Positions 27,900 through 39,860 of a stretch of DNA of 64,000 nucleotides are shown piece after piece. The stretch lies in assembly GCA_013265495.1 (NCBI GenBank), contig MU058456.1, positions 1 through 64,000 of the forward strand. The letters are read 5' to 3'. Source of the stretch: Vicugna vicugna. Its lineage: Eukaryota. A program made the translations under genes and the position numbers. The notes beneath the pieces are model-generated. The model searched no databases. It saw nothing but the letters and a program-made list of their open reading frames with translations, and was not told the origin of the DNA. Position 1 is the stretch's first letter; the number at the start of each line of letters is the position of its first letter.

Positions 27900-29850
27900 G
27901 AGTTGATCAAAGAGGAATTCACTCTAAAGCTGCAGCCAGTCCCCAGCTAAAATTGACTCTACTAGGAATCCGAGTTACCAGTCACTCATGCTAGCTGAGA
28001 GAAGAGTGTAGACTCTCTGGGAAATAAGTAAAACCTAACAATATTACACTCAATTCTCAGCTGTCATTTTACAAAAAAGCACCTAAAATACTATGAAAAA
28101 CTATGAAACATGCAAAGAAATAGGAAAATATGATTGTATAATTAAGAGAAAACAGTTAACAAAAGCAGACTTATAGATGACCTAGTTATTAGAGTTAAGA
28201 GATAGTGATTTTAAAGCAATTTACAGGATAATATGTGAGGGATTGAGTATTTCAGAAGAGTAATAATGGCAACTTTGCAGAAAAAACAAATGCAGATTCT
28301 GAACTGAAAAATACAGTATCTTAAAAAGTGTTCAAATGGGCTTAATAGCGAATCTGTAGTAAGAAATAGACTTCAAGAAATGGTAAATATGTGAATAAAC
28401 ATAAAAGTCTGTTTTCTCATTGTTAAATATATATAAATGACAGTTGAATAGTATAAAGCAAAAAAATATTGTGGGATTTATAATATGTAGAAGTAAAATT
28501 TATGACGATAGCATGAAATATAGGACAGCGTAAACATAAGTAAGTTATACATTTGCTAGATCGTATGTAATATTATATAGTATAATTAGTATAATATTGT
28601 TTGAAGGAGGACTATGATGAATTAAGAATATATACTCTACATTCCTAGGACAATTTATATCTATCTATCTATGTATGTATATATATATATATTTTAAACG
28701 CCATAAAATAATATAACATAGGAGGGAAAAAAACTATTTGAAGGCAGGAAAGAAGGAACAAAGAACAAATAAATAGATAGCAATATAATAGACTTAAGTC
28801 TCACCAGTAATTGTATTAAATGTAAGGGGTCTAAGCCTGCCCTCAAAATGTAGAAATTGTCAGATTGGATAAAATAGTAAGACCCAACTATGTTTCATAC
28901 AAATAGACACTTTAAAGATAAATTTGGTTTAAAGTGATAGATGGGAACAGATCTGTTATATCTGTTCCCATCTATTACTTCTTTTGGTAAGTATTCCCAT
29001 ACCATACTTACCAAAAGAAGCTCCTATGGCTATAGTGGTATCAGGCAAAATATATTTAAAGAGAAGGATTATTAGAGAATAAGAACATTTTATAACAATT
29101 AAAGGATCCATTCATCAAGAAGAACCCTAAGTGTATATTCACTTTATAACAGATTCAAAATACATGAAACAAAAATTGACAGAAATAAAAGGAGAAATAG
29201 ATATCTTTACACTTATGGTTAGAGATTTCAGTACTTTTCAGTAATTAGTAGGAAAAGAATGCTGTAAATTAGTAAGGGACAGAAGACCTGAACACCACTA
29301 TCAATCAATTTAACTTGACATAGTTTGAAGAGTACACCCAAGAGATGCAGAATATGACACTTAAATGTACACGAAACACTCACCAAGGTAGCTCTTATGT
29401 GAGACTGTCAAAGCTTCAACAAGCTAGAAAGACTTGAAATCATAATATTACTTTTTCTGACTACGTTGGAGTTAAATTAGGAATCAGTAACAAAATGAGG
29501 TTTAGTAGATCTCTGAATGTTTTGAAATTAAAATTATTCTGAATGACTCATGGGTAAAAGAATAAATGGGAAATTAGAAAGCATTTTAAACACATTCAAC
29601 AAAAAGACACATATCAAATCTTAAATGCATCTCAGAATTTATAGCTTTAAATCTGGAATAATAAAGTATTAGAATCAATTATTTAATAAGCTTCACCCTA
29701 AGAGTCAGAAAAAGAGAGCAGTTAAATTCAAAATAAATAAAAGGCAGAAAACATAGAGAAAATTGAAATCAATGAAATGTAAAATATACCTCAAGTAAAT
29801 AAGCAAATGGTAGTTTTCTCTTTGAAAAAATCAATACAATCGATAAACTT
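27900..29850 (+). mobile_element. Ancient L1 (L1M) ORF1/ORF2-endonuclease remnants, sense
   Basis: Decayed endonuclease-region text: gtcagattggataaaa..gacccaactatg, aaaatacatgaaacaaaaattgacagaa, aagacctgaacaccactatcaatcaa. Confidence 0.7.
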
Positions 29851-29859
29851 AGGATTGAT

Positions 29860-30142
29860 GGCTTAAAACTACAGCAGTTTATATTCCTCTTGAATTTGTG
29901 AATCAACGTGTGGCATCTTTATGGTGTCATGTCCTCAGGGCTGCATTCAAAGAAAGGCAAGGCAGAAGTTGTAAGTTTTCTTGAGTCATAGGCGCTGTTA
30001 CTTGCCATCAAACTTGCCACATTGAGTTGGTATAAGCAAGTCACAAAGGTAAGCCCAAGTTCAAGGAGTGGGAAAATAGACTCGATCTCTTGATTTTAGA
30101 TGGTATAAGAAAACGTTGTGGCCATGTTTCTTAATTTACAGT
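29860..30142 (-). mobile_element. MaLR (MLT1-type) LTR fragment; probable internal sequence resumes at ~30632-30830
   Basis: ggcttaaaa..caagtcacaaagg..agcccaagttcaaggagtgggaaaatagactc, MLT1-like motifs. Confidence 0.65.
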
Positions 30143-30631
30143 TGTTAAATCAGAAACAGTAAAGGTGCTGAGATTTTACCCCACTTACAAGCTAACATGT
30201 TAACCTGTCGGAAGACACAAAACCTCCAGATCAGAGACAATTTGTTACTCAGTACAAAAGCAGCAAACAGGGCAGTATCTTGTGTCAGTTACCTGAGCCT
30301 CAGTCTTCAAACTGAGAGTCAGATGGTACCTACACAAGTAGTGGTGTGCATTACAGAAGAGGAAACCCAAATTTGGAAACTCTGATCTCACATAGGACCA
30401 CTGGTGACCTGTCTTCTATTTCCTCGGGAGAGTGAGAGACAGAAACCTTGTTTTTACTCTGGAATTTAAACAGATCTTCTCTGGAGAGAGTATATGAAAC
30501 TGTCTCAGTGTTGCTTAGTGTTAGTATCTGGAATATCTTTTTATTTAAACAAATTGGCTATAAATGTCATTTCTCAGAGGACCCAGACCATGCAGAAATG
30601 TGAGATATTCATGAAAAATTATTTTCTAATA
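30143..30631 (-). mobile_element. Solo ERV LTR (LTR40-like)
   Basis: Starts with TG; reverse complement ends ...gtaagtggggtaaaatctcag..aca; (a)cagt on both flanks. Confidence 0.55.
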
Positions 30632-30834
30632 CAGTCTATCCTCTTGCACAGTAATTTACTTTCCTCTCATATACAAAATTTGATCACTCTTTTCTCCAAA
30701 AGTCTCATCCCACTAGAGTGTCTGTCAGACATAAGACCAGTATCTTATCACTTAAATGAGATCCAAGTACAGATGAGGCTCTGCTGTGCCATTTTGTAAC
30801 TAGAGAAGTGCAAAACAAAAGCAGGATGACAGTG

Positions 30835-31405
30835 ATCATGGCAGCACTATTTACAGCAGCCAAGACACAGAAGCAACCTTAATGCCCATTGGCAGATGAT
30901 TAGATAAAGAAGTTGTGGTGCTTATATACAGTGGAATACTACTCAGACATAAAAAGATTAAAATAATGCCATTTTGCAGTAATATGGATGGAGCTGGAGA
31001 TTGTCATACTGAGTGAAGTAAATCAGATAGAGAAAGAAAAATACCGTATAGTATCACTTACATGTGGAATCTAAAAAAATGAGGCAAATGAACTTATTTA
31101 CAAAACAGAAGCAGACTAAGACATAGAAAACAAACTTATGGTTACCAGAGGGGAAAAGGGGTGGGAAGGGATGAATTAGGAGTTTGGGATTTGCAGATGC
31201 TAACTACTATATATAAGGTAAACAACAAGGTCCTACTGTATAGCACAGGGAACTGTATTTAGTACCTTATAATAGCCTGTAATGAAAAAGAATATGAGAA
31301 GAAATATATATGTTATATATGTAATATATATATAACTGAATCACTATGCTATACACCAGAAAATAACACAACATTGTAAATCAACTATTTTTAAATAAAA
31401 ATAAA
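30835..31405 (+). mobile_element. Younger L1 3' end, sense
   Basis: gcagcactatttaca...tatagcacagggaact...acattgtaaatcaactat followed by an A-rich tail. Confidence 0.85.
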
Positions 31406-32859
31406 TACTAAGACACTAATGTGCATCTACTACCTATGTGAAAATTAAGAAATACTGAGAACATCAGGTGTTGGTGAGGATGTAATTGAAACTCTGGGAG
31501 TGTTACATGGTAAAACCACTTTGTAAAACTACTTGTTTATCTTGCTTTTAAATAAAATTAAACACACATATAGACTAGCATCTAGCAGTTTCACTCCCCT
31601 GTATTTACCCCCAGGAACCAAAGCCTGCATTCTCATAACCCTTGTACCCAAGTGTCAGCACTCTTACTCAGGACAGGTTGCCTTGGTCAGGGTGTTGACG
31701 GGAAAGTAGTGCATGGGAACTTTCTGAGGTGTTAGAAGGACTGTGTATCTTGATTGCTATTGTTTGTATGGATGTATGCATTTTGCAAAATTATAAGGAT
31801 CTATTATGTAAAAATTATAAGCTATTATGTAAAAAATGTAAAAATATAAAAGTGGAAATTTTTGCAAGTGTAGAAACTCCTTTATAACTTCAGTGTGCTT
31901 CACTCTACTACTTTACTCCACAGTAAGAATTGTTTAGACATGTGTAGGCTAACCATGGTTTGATATGAAAGTTTGACTGAAGAAACTCTCAGCTTTCTCC
32001 TGAATTAGTAATTAGGCTAGTAGGGGTCAGACAGTGATATTGATCTTAGAAGTATGAAATTTAGCTTTTTACACAGGCCTCCTTCCTTCATTTCTTGCTA
32101 TATATGTTGTAGGCATTGCGCATTTTATACATTCCGTTATTTTTGTCTTTCAGAATCAGATGCTCCTATACAGCATTTTTTTTCATTACATAGGTTTCTT
32201 TTATTCCTATTCTTTTGCATAGAACTATTTTCATTGTTTCCTATTCATGTACTTAACAGTAATGGGTTAATAACATCCATGAAGTGCCTCAGAACTAAGC
32301 ACAAATATACCAAATACAGAGTAGCAAATACTGTGGGAGCCATAAGTAAACTAAAATGAACTCACACGACTACTAAATGCCATCTAACAACTATGGGCAT
32401 GCCCAAGGAGCCTTTGTTGTGCATTTTAACTTCTGAGCTGATTTTAAGATTGTTCTGACATAAGATTTCTCTTAAATCTAGCCAAGTATAACTTGTGATC
32501 TCTTCATAATCATTAAGGAAGTGTAACATACTACATTTTAAACAACTCTTGCAGTAATTTCACTTTTCAGTTGTTATAATAATTCCCCAACCGGGAGTAT
32601 ATCAAAAAAATAGTAGAGAATGGTGAAAGAGAAAAGATGGTGATTTGAGTCTAGGTGAAATATTGACTATGCATTGATTATGGCTGAAACTGTTAGAAAA
32701 AAGAATCACATAAGCGTTTTATTTATGATAAATAGTCTTGAGTTTTCTGACTAAACTCCTAAATCAGAATCTTGAGAGAGAAGCTACAGTCATCTACAGC
32801 AGTTTTGAAAAATACCCTAAGTGAATTTCTTTCAGCTAGTTACACCATTGTGCCCAAAG

Positions 32860-33300
32860 TTTCTTTTGTTTTGTTCTCCTGGTCCAGAAAACCTAGCAAT
32901 GGTTTAAGCAAATAGGAGATTTTGTTTTCTTATATACCAAGAAGTTCTGATACTTTTGTAGTTAGCATTGGTTCAGCTACGCAGCAGTGCTATTAGAGAC
33001 CCCCAGTGTGTTGTTCGGTCTTTCTACACCGTCAGCCTTATTGGTTGGTTTTTAATCCTCACGCTTGTTAACTCATGGTCATAGGATGGTTGTCGCAACA
33101 GTAGATATACAGTGTTCACATCTGTCCCTGGATAAGGAAAGCAAATGTTTTCCGAGAACCAACCCCATCCCACCCCCAAAGCAGACTTCTAAGTATATGT
33201 CATTGATATTAACTGTGTTGTCCATCACCTGTCCACCCTTTTTGGAAAGCTCCAAAGTGGGTATTTAGTTGGGTCCATTAACACCCTGAATAAAGAAGAA
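32860..33300 (-). mobile_element. MaLR (MLT1-type) LTR, degenerate
   Basis: aatggtttaagcaaataggag..., ggtcataggatggttg, gcagacttct..tcattg resemble MLT1 motifs. Confidence 0.45.
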
Positions 33301-33664
33301 TTCTAGAAAGGGGGAACAGAATCTGATAAACCACACAGAACCGTTAAAAACGACTAAATTTAAATATAATTGATGAGTAGGATTTATTCGCTTAGGAAAA
33401 CTTTATTATTTCTTAGTAAATGCAAATAAATGGGATTTTAATGGTGGATAGAGAGGTATCTGTTGTAGGATACAGATGAGGGCTCTCAATATTTACCAGT
33501 TTATTCTGAACAGTAAATCAAGTGACTGATTAAGAAAGTAGCCACGTATTTTAAAGTTAGTAAATTTGTGTGCATCAGTTTATGCTGCTGAATTACTGAA
33601 AATTTTAATTTACATTTTGAGGTAAATAAGAAGAGGTGTTTCTTAAAGTGATAAAAATCTGTTT

Positions 33665-33803
33665 GTTTGTTTTTTTTTAAAGGAATTTGTTCTTTTGAGG
33701 GAGGGGATATGGTTTATTTATTTAACGGAGATACTGAAGATTGAACCCAGGACCTTGTGCATGCTAAGCTCGCACTCTACCACTGAGCTATACCCTACCC
33801 CCC
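33665..33803 (-). mobile_element. tRNA-derived SINE (Vic-1-like), antisense
   Basis: gattgaacccaggaccttgtgcatgctaag..ctctaccactgagctataccc; TSD taaa(a/g)atctgttt at 33652-33664 and 33805-33817. Confidence 0.9.
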
Positions 33804-33859
33804 TTAAAGATCTGTTTTTATTGTTAATTTGGTGTTTTTTTGTTTGTTTGTTTCCATAG

Positions 33860-33907
33860 AATGTTGGCTCAATTAAGAAACATCAGGGAGATAAATTCAA
33901 CTTAGTG
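33860..33907 (+). other. ERBIN: ERBIN exon 2 (48 nt, 5' UTR)
   Basis: Polypyrimidine tract, then ccatag|AATGTTGGCTC...CTTAGTG|gtaagt. Matches my recollection of the ERBIN 5' UTR immediately upstream of TGTCTAAAAATG. Confidence 0.85.
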
Positions 33908-34825
33908 GTAAGTAGTTTTAATTTCTTTTGTTAGAAAGTGTTCGGCTTATTGTACTTTTATTCTTGATTGGCTCCTCTTCCTCCATTTGACCAGAATGTT
34001 TTTATGTCTACTGTTTTTAACCTGGTTTATAAAATGGCTCGCTCTTATCACAACACTAAAATTCTAACAAGTAGTCCCTGTGGTTGATCACTTCCTGTTC
34101 AGATCAGGCCAGTGTCTCCCCCTTTGATTTCCTTCTTTGTAGTATTGTGTAAAGGAGGGTCTCTTTGGGTCTTGTTATTCATTTGTTTCTCTTTCATATG
34201 GAACTTCCCTCCTCTGCCCTCATTTCTCATCAGTCAGTAGTTTTTAGTCTGCTAAATGGGGGTTCATTTTTATATTGGCTCAAGGACCACAGAATTTAAT
34301 CAGAGGTCTAAGTTGCTCTTTTCACACCTTTGCCCATAGGAATTTTCTTTGTTTTTTGATTTTTGTTTTGTTTTGCTGTTTTCATTTGAAATGTAAACTC
34401 TTTGCAACTTCCTAGAGCTAAGCATCTAATAATCTTCCTCTGAATTCATTCTCTTCTGAGAAATTTGGCAGTTTCTGACCGTCTGTCTGCAACTTGATGT
34501 ATTTATGATTAACTCTGCAGGAAAATCTTGGAGGTTGTTTTACCTTCGATAACAGTTACTCTGCCCTGTAAATTGCCTTCCATCAAGTGCCATGCACAGA
34601 TGATTTAAACATACTAAACTAAATATACTCTTAAATCACATATAAGTGATAATAACATTTCATGTCCTTTATTCTCAGCTAGGAATTATACTCCCAAATT
34701 CATTGTAATTTCTGGGAAATGGATGTTTTTAGGTCATATCTTCCAAATTATTGGATACTGTCATATAAAAAATAAGCAGACAGTAGTTATAATATGAACC
34801 AGAATAATAGTTTGAAACATTGTAC

Positions 34826-35031
34826 TAGTGCTGTTTCTTAGAACTTTCTGCAGTGAAAGAAATGTTCTGTATCTTTTCTTATTCAGTATGGTAGCCACTA
34901 GCCACCTGTGGCTCTTGACCATTGAAAATGTGGTTAGTGTGACTGAGAAACCAGATTTAAAATTTTGTTTAACTTGAATTTTAAGGTTAAAATGCCACTG
35001 TATCTAGTGGCTACCATATTGGACAGAGCAG
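34826..35031. mobile_element. hAT-Charlie MITE (MER3-like)
   Basis: agaactttctgcagtga..aaatgttctgtatc..atggtagccactagccac..ctagtggctaccatattggacag. Confidence 0.8.
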
Positions 35032-35159
35032 ATAGAGTTCTTTCCCATTTTTCTTTAGTACCCCCTAACTCATTATCAGTTGAAGTAAAAGAGTCTCTTG
35101 AACAAGAAATTGTGTATTCATTTTTGGAATCTTTAAAAAATTATTTTATTTTAATTTTT

Positions 35160-35317
35160 TATGGTTTTTTTTTTTTTTTTTTTTTTGTGTGGTTGTGGGG
35201 TTAGGAAATTAGGTTTATTTGTTTGCTTGTTTGTTTATTGATAGAGGTACTGGGGATTGAACCGAGGACCTCATGCATGCTAGGCGTGCACTCTACCACT
35301 GATCTATACTCTTCTCC
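35160..35317 (-). mobile_element. tRNA-derived SINE (Vic-1-like), antisense
   Basis: Poly-T tail; gaggtactggggattgaacc..gcatgctaggcgtgcactctaccactga. Confidence 0.88.
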
Positions 35318-35479
35318 AGAATATTTTTTATTATGTCATAAACACAAATATAAACTAAATTCCCGTTGAGTGATTAAATTCTTACTAGATCATTAAAACT
35401 TCTTATTCTTATCAATAAAACACAGCTTCATATAAAAATAGATAAAACATGTTCAGTAAACTTTATTGACAAAATAATT

Positions 35480-35735
35480 TTTTGTTTTTATTGAGGTATA
35501 ATTGATATATTACATTATATTAGTTTCAGGTATGCAACATAAAGTTTCAATATTTGTATATATTGCAAAATGATCCTCACAGTATGTCTAGTTAACATCT
35601 GTCACCATACATAGTAACAAAAATTCTTTTTCTTTTGGTAAGAACTTCAAGATCTACTCTCTTAGAGACTTTCAAATATGCCAAACAGTGTTATTAACTA
35701 TAGTCTATATGCTGTGCATTACATAGCCATGACAG
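35480..35735 (-). mobile_element. L1MA-type 3' end, antisense
   Basis: ttattgaggtataattga...aagatctactctcttag..actttcaaatatg. Confidence 0.7.
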
Positions 35736-35775
35736 AAAAATTTTAGGTAGAAACATTTGATCTTTGACATCGTAG

Positions 35776-36266
35776 TGTAAGGAAGGAAAAATTTTCCCTT
35801 CACCTTGCTAGGGTTCTTGACTTGGGTCTGAAAATTAAATGGACAAAGACAGATAAACAGGAGAAAAGTATATACATTTATTTAATACAAGTTTTAGGTG
35901 ACACAGGAAGCCTTTGTAAGTAAGTGAAGTACCAAAGAAACAGTTAAACCTGAGTATTTTTATGCAATGTTTTGTGAAGAGTGGACAGTTGTGTACTGTA
36001 TGATGGATCAAAGTGTATGAAGTAATTGTAGTAAACTGGGGGAAATTTAGTAAGGCCTGTTTGTTAGGATTCTTGTCCCTTCATCTTCAGAGATTCCTCC
36101 TGGTATAGGGAGGGCACATTTCACATGAGGATTTTATGACCTGTTTCAGGGGAGAAGGGCATGGGAGGTCAGAGTGACCCTTCCTGCTTCTGCTGTTTTC
36201 TCAGACTCCTTCACTTGAGAATATTCCATATGCCAAGGTGCCATGTTTTGGGCTTGAATCCCATCA
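35776..36266 (-). mobile_element. Solo ERV1-class LTR (MER34/MER41-like)
   Basis: TG...CA termini (tgtaagg and ccatca), flanks gtag/gaag; reverse complement begins tgatggg..cccaaaacatggcaccttggcatatggaatatt. Confidence 0.7.
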
Positions 36267-36321
36267 GAAGTTTGTTTTTTGTAAACCCTAGAGGAGAAGT
36301 ATGTAGTAAAGTCCTGTTGAT

Positions 36322-36440
36322 TGGGGAGAGTATAGCTCATTGTTACAGAGTGTTTGCCTAGCATGCATGAAGTCCTGGGTTCAGTCCGCAGTACTGCCAT
36401 TTAAATAAATAAATAAAATAAACATAAATACCCCCCAAAT
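36322..36440 (+). mobile_element. tRNA-derived SINE (Vic-1-like)
   Basis: Degenerate A and B boxes, (AAAT)n tail, degenerate TSD aagtcctgttgat / aagacctattgat. Confidence 0.85.
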
Positions 36441-36751
36441 TAAGACCTATTGATATTTGAATTATTTCGTGAACCTCAGTTCAAGTATATCATTATATAT
36501 TGAGAAGCAGTGTAGTGCACTTAGGAGCACAGAATCAGTTTCGTTGTAGAAAAATAGGGATAATAATAGTACATGTCTTAGAAAGACACATGAGGATGAA
36601 ATGAGAATAAGCATACAGTTTATATAAAGAATTTAACGTTTATGGTAATTGAGTAAGAATAGTCAGATTTTTTTTTAATTGCAAGGGAAGTATTTATCAT
36701 ATTGTCAGACATTTTAAGAACATCCTATAATTTGAACTAGAAGAGTTAGAA

Positions 36752-36990
36752 GCAGTGCCTTGTATAGCCACATTGGAGCCTGAGGCAAAAGAAAAGTAAT
36801 ACTGATTCTGTCTTTATTTTAAAATTAGCCATTTTGTTCATTAATGGAATACTTTTCAGTGATTTTGATTTTCTTAAGAAAGTTATTGCATTAAAATATT
36901 TAATTTGATTACTCGGTGTTTTTGGTGCCTTCTTGCATTTTGTGCCTGAGGCATTTGCCTCACTAACTTCAACCTGATCTTGGGTCTGGT
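36752..36990. mobile_element. hAT-family MITE (MER96B-like; subfamily uncertain)
   Basis: CAG...CTG ends; ttttggtgcc..ttttgtgcctgaggca..tgcctcact motif. Confidence 0.5.
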
Positions 36991-37804
36991 TAGAAGTAAT
37001 CTAATATTCTAGTAGTCTTCTGCTGAGCTCAAGAATCTATTATTTATTTACAGGAATTGATAACATTAATTAGCAGTCATTCTTATTTATTGAAATAGAC
37101 TTGCTGATACATTAGCCTAGTTGGAATTAACCTATGTACGTACATTGTGTTCTTAATAAAATTAGCCTTGAGAATTTTCACTAATTCAGAATTGAACCTT
37201 TCCTTCAATTAGATTGAAAATGAACTCTGCATTTTATTGAAGCAAATTTCTTCTCTAATGTATAACCTTAAACAAATATAAGACCTATAAACTCTTTAGA
37301 AAAATTAAAACACCGATATTAATTGAAACAAAGTATGTTTGGCATAGATTGTAATTTTGACGTGGGAGAGTTATAGGAAAGTTAATGGCTGGTTAGAAGA
37401 CCTGAAAATATCTTTGCACTCCCACTTTCTACTCAGAACTGCATATAGTCAAGTTCTTAATTAAGAAACAGCTTAGTCAGAAGTTAAATATCTTTGTTGT
37501 GTTAGAGTTTTTCTTGTTGAGGGTGAGCAGACTCATAAGGCATGGTTCTTACAAAAGTATATAAATGGTTACTTTATGAATCATTTTGTAAAGTCCTAAA
37601 ATGCTTGAGTTTTATTTCAAACTCATTGTGTATAGAATTTGATAGCAAAGCAATGATAAATGCATTCCATTTGAGTGTGTAGGGGAGAAGATATTTATCT
37701 GTGGTAAACTGAGAATTGAATTGGAATGATTCATTTTGAAACATTGTTATAATACATATGTTTTTAGTAAGTTTATTTTTATTTGAATATTGCAGTGTCT
37801 AAAA

Positions 37805-37993
37805 ATGACTACAAAACGAAGTTTGTTTGTGCGGTTGGTACCATGTCGTTGTCTACGTGGAGAAGAGGAGACTGTCACTACTCTTGATTATTCTCATTGC
37901 AGTTTGGAACAGGTTCCCAAAGAGATTTTTACTTTTGAAAAAACTTTGGAGGAGCTCTATTTGGATGCTAATCAGATTGAAGAGCTTCCAAAG
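37805..37993 (+). CDS. ERBIN: Erbin, first coding exon (exon 3; exon starts at 37796), aa 1-63
   Basis: [63 protein letters not shown] is the Erbin N-terminus. Acceptor tgcag, donor AAG|gtatgt. Confidence 0.98.
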
Positions 37994-38707
37994 GTATGTT
38001 AATAACTTTCTTGCAAGAATTGACTTTGGTTATTTTTATGCCTAGAAAGATGATATTCCTAACATTACCCTAATGCTGCAGATACATTTGTGTGCATTGT
38101 TAACGTTTTTTTTGTTTAATTTCATCTTAGAGTATGCAGCACAATTCAAAAATTTGTTAATAGCATTTTTAACCTTTATTTCTTCAAATTAATTGCTTGA
38201 ATATTTGTGCATATAATTTAAAATGTTATATTGAATTCCAGTTTTTATATAGCCACTAGGGTAGATAAGACTACACAATTTCTGCAGCCAGTCAGTTTAA
38301 CTAGACAAAGAATTGAAATTAGTGTTTTCTCTTTCTAATTTTCATGAGCCATCGATCTGTGCATTATTGTAATTGAGAATAAATTTTCCTTTTAGTTATC
38401 ACATCATAGTTTTGTTGTTAAACAGCCTTTTAGAGGTAGTATTGTGTTTGCCCCATTTCAGTTTGTTTGGAAAGATTTTGGAGGATTTAACATTTCTGAA
38501 ATGTAACAACAACTAGCAGGAGAAAGTTGGTTTGTTGCCATGAAGCATCTTCTCACATTGACACCATCTTTGCTAAAAATTTTTAGTGGCTACTTTTTTT
38601 TTTTTCTTAAATTCTAATCCCTTTTCATCCTCTACTCAATTTCTTATTTTAGAGGGGAAAACCTGCCATAGTTTTAATTTGTTCAGAGAGTTTTACCACC
38701 CAGACAG

Positions 38708-39137
38708 CAGTGTTTTTCAAGCTGTGGGTGGAGGAGACTTCTTAGTAGCTTATAAAAGTCAATTTAATATGTGTGGGATTTCCAAAAACTGAACTATGAT
38801 TTGGACTGGCAGATTTAGAAAATAATATTATAAGCTCCCCAAGTAAATTGCAATTTTTGGATAAAAAATAATTTTTTTAGTATAAGTGTATCTCATGCAA
38901 TATATGACATCATTTTATTAAAAAATTATTGTTTATCTGAAATCCAAATTTAATCAGTCATCCTGTTTTACCTGACAACCCTAACTATAATAGAGTAGAA
39001 AATAGAGAGTGTAACATGTATCAGTGGTAACAATATTTTAAATTTGTGTATGTGTATATATACAAACTGGCTGGCAGTGTTTTGAAAAAGGCTTTTCTTT
39101 CAGTGGCCAGCAGTAAAAACATTTTGAAAGACAGTGC
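38708..39137. mobile_element. hAT-Charlie MITE (Charlie4-like), interrupted by MER53
   Basis: Terminal inverted repeats CAGTGTTTTTCAAG and TTTGAAAGACAGTG. Confidence 0.55.
38801..38983. mobile_element. MER53 palindromic hAT MITE
   Basis: ggcagatttag..tttttagtataag..catgcaatat..aaaaaattatt..tttatctgaaat..gacaacccta; 8-bp TSD actatgat / actataat. Confidence 0.8.
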
Positions 39138-39514
39138 CATCCAGGATTATCTTATAAAGAAATCTGTGTGTGCCCAGGATAAAATATTAAAGGTTGTGGT
39201 TTGCATGTTTATGAATTATTTTCCTAGACTGTGGTAGAGTGCTTTGTAATTGACTGTTTCCTTGTGTGCTGTTCTTCATCAGGTAATTTATCTTCTTTAG
39301 CTAGTTCTCCCAGAGAACATGAAAGACTAAAATTCATCCCTTTCTTTAATCACCACCACCAGGGTCTCAGTCTGGGGACTGTGCTGAGAAGAGAGAGGCT
39401 TACTATGATAGTGCAGTTAATTGAATCACTTATCATGCCTAAGAATATTCCATTTCTGGAAGAATGCTCTTCTTAAATAGGGTTTATTCAGTACCATCCT
39501 AACAAAAGTTTTTT

Positions 39515-39860
39515 TTCCTAAAGACTTCCCTTTTTTTAGATTAGTTTTAGGTTCACAGAAAAATTAAGAGAAAGGTATAATGATTTCCCAAATACCTACC
39601 CTATCCCCCACAAGCATAACCTCTACCATCATGAATATCCCCCACCAGAGTAGTACCAGAGTGGTTAACTCACCAGAGTGGTTAAAATTGATGAACCTTT
39701 GCTGAAAAATCATAATCACCCAAAGGCTATAGTTTATATTATGGTTCACTCTTGGTGTTGTATAGTCTGTGGGTTTGGACAAATGTGTAATGACATGTAT
39801 TCATCATTATGCTATCAGAGTGTTTTCACTGCCTGAACAGCCTCTGTGTTCCATACAGTT
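39515..39860 (-). mobile_element. L1MC-like 3' end, antisense
   Basis: Homologous to 18280-18590 (ggttcactcttggtgttgta..tgtg..tttggacaaatgtgtaatgacatgtattcatcattat). Confidence 0.8.

Noticed and set aside
37760..37772. tttttagtaagt just upstream of exon 3, resembling a recursive splice site
   Set aside because: The AG and GT share one G (AGTAAG, not AG|GTAAG), so it is not a ratchet point. The AGGTAA matches I noticed in intron 1 (~18117, ~21993) lack long polypyrimidine tracts.
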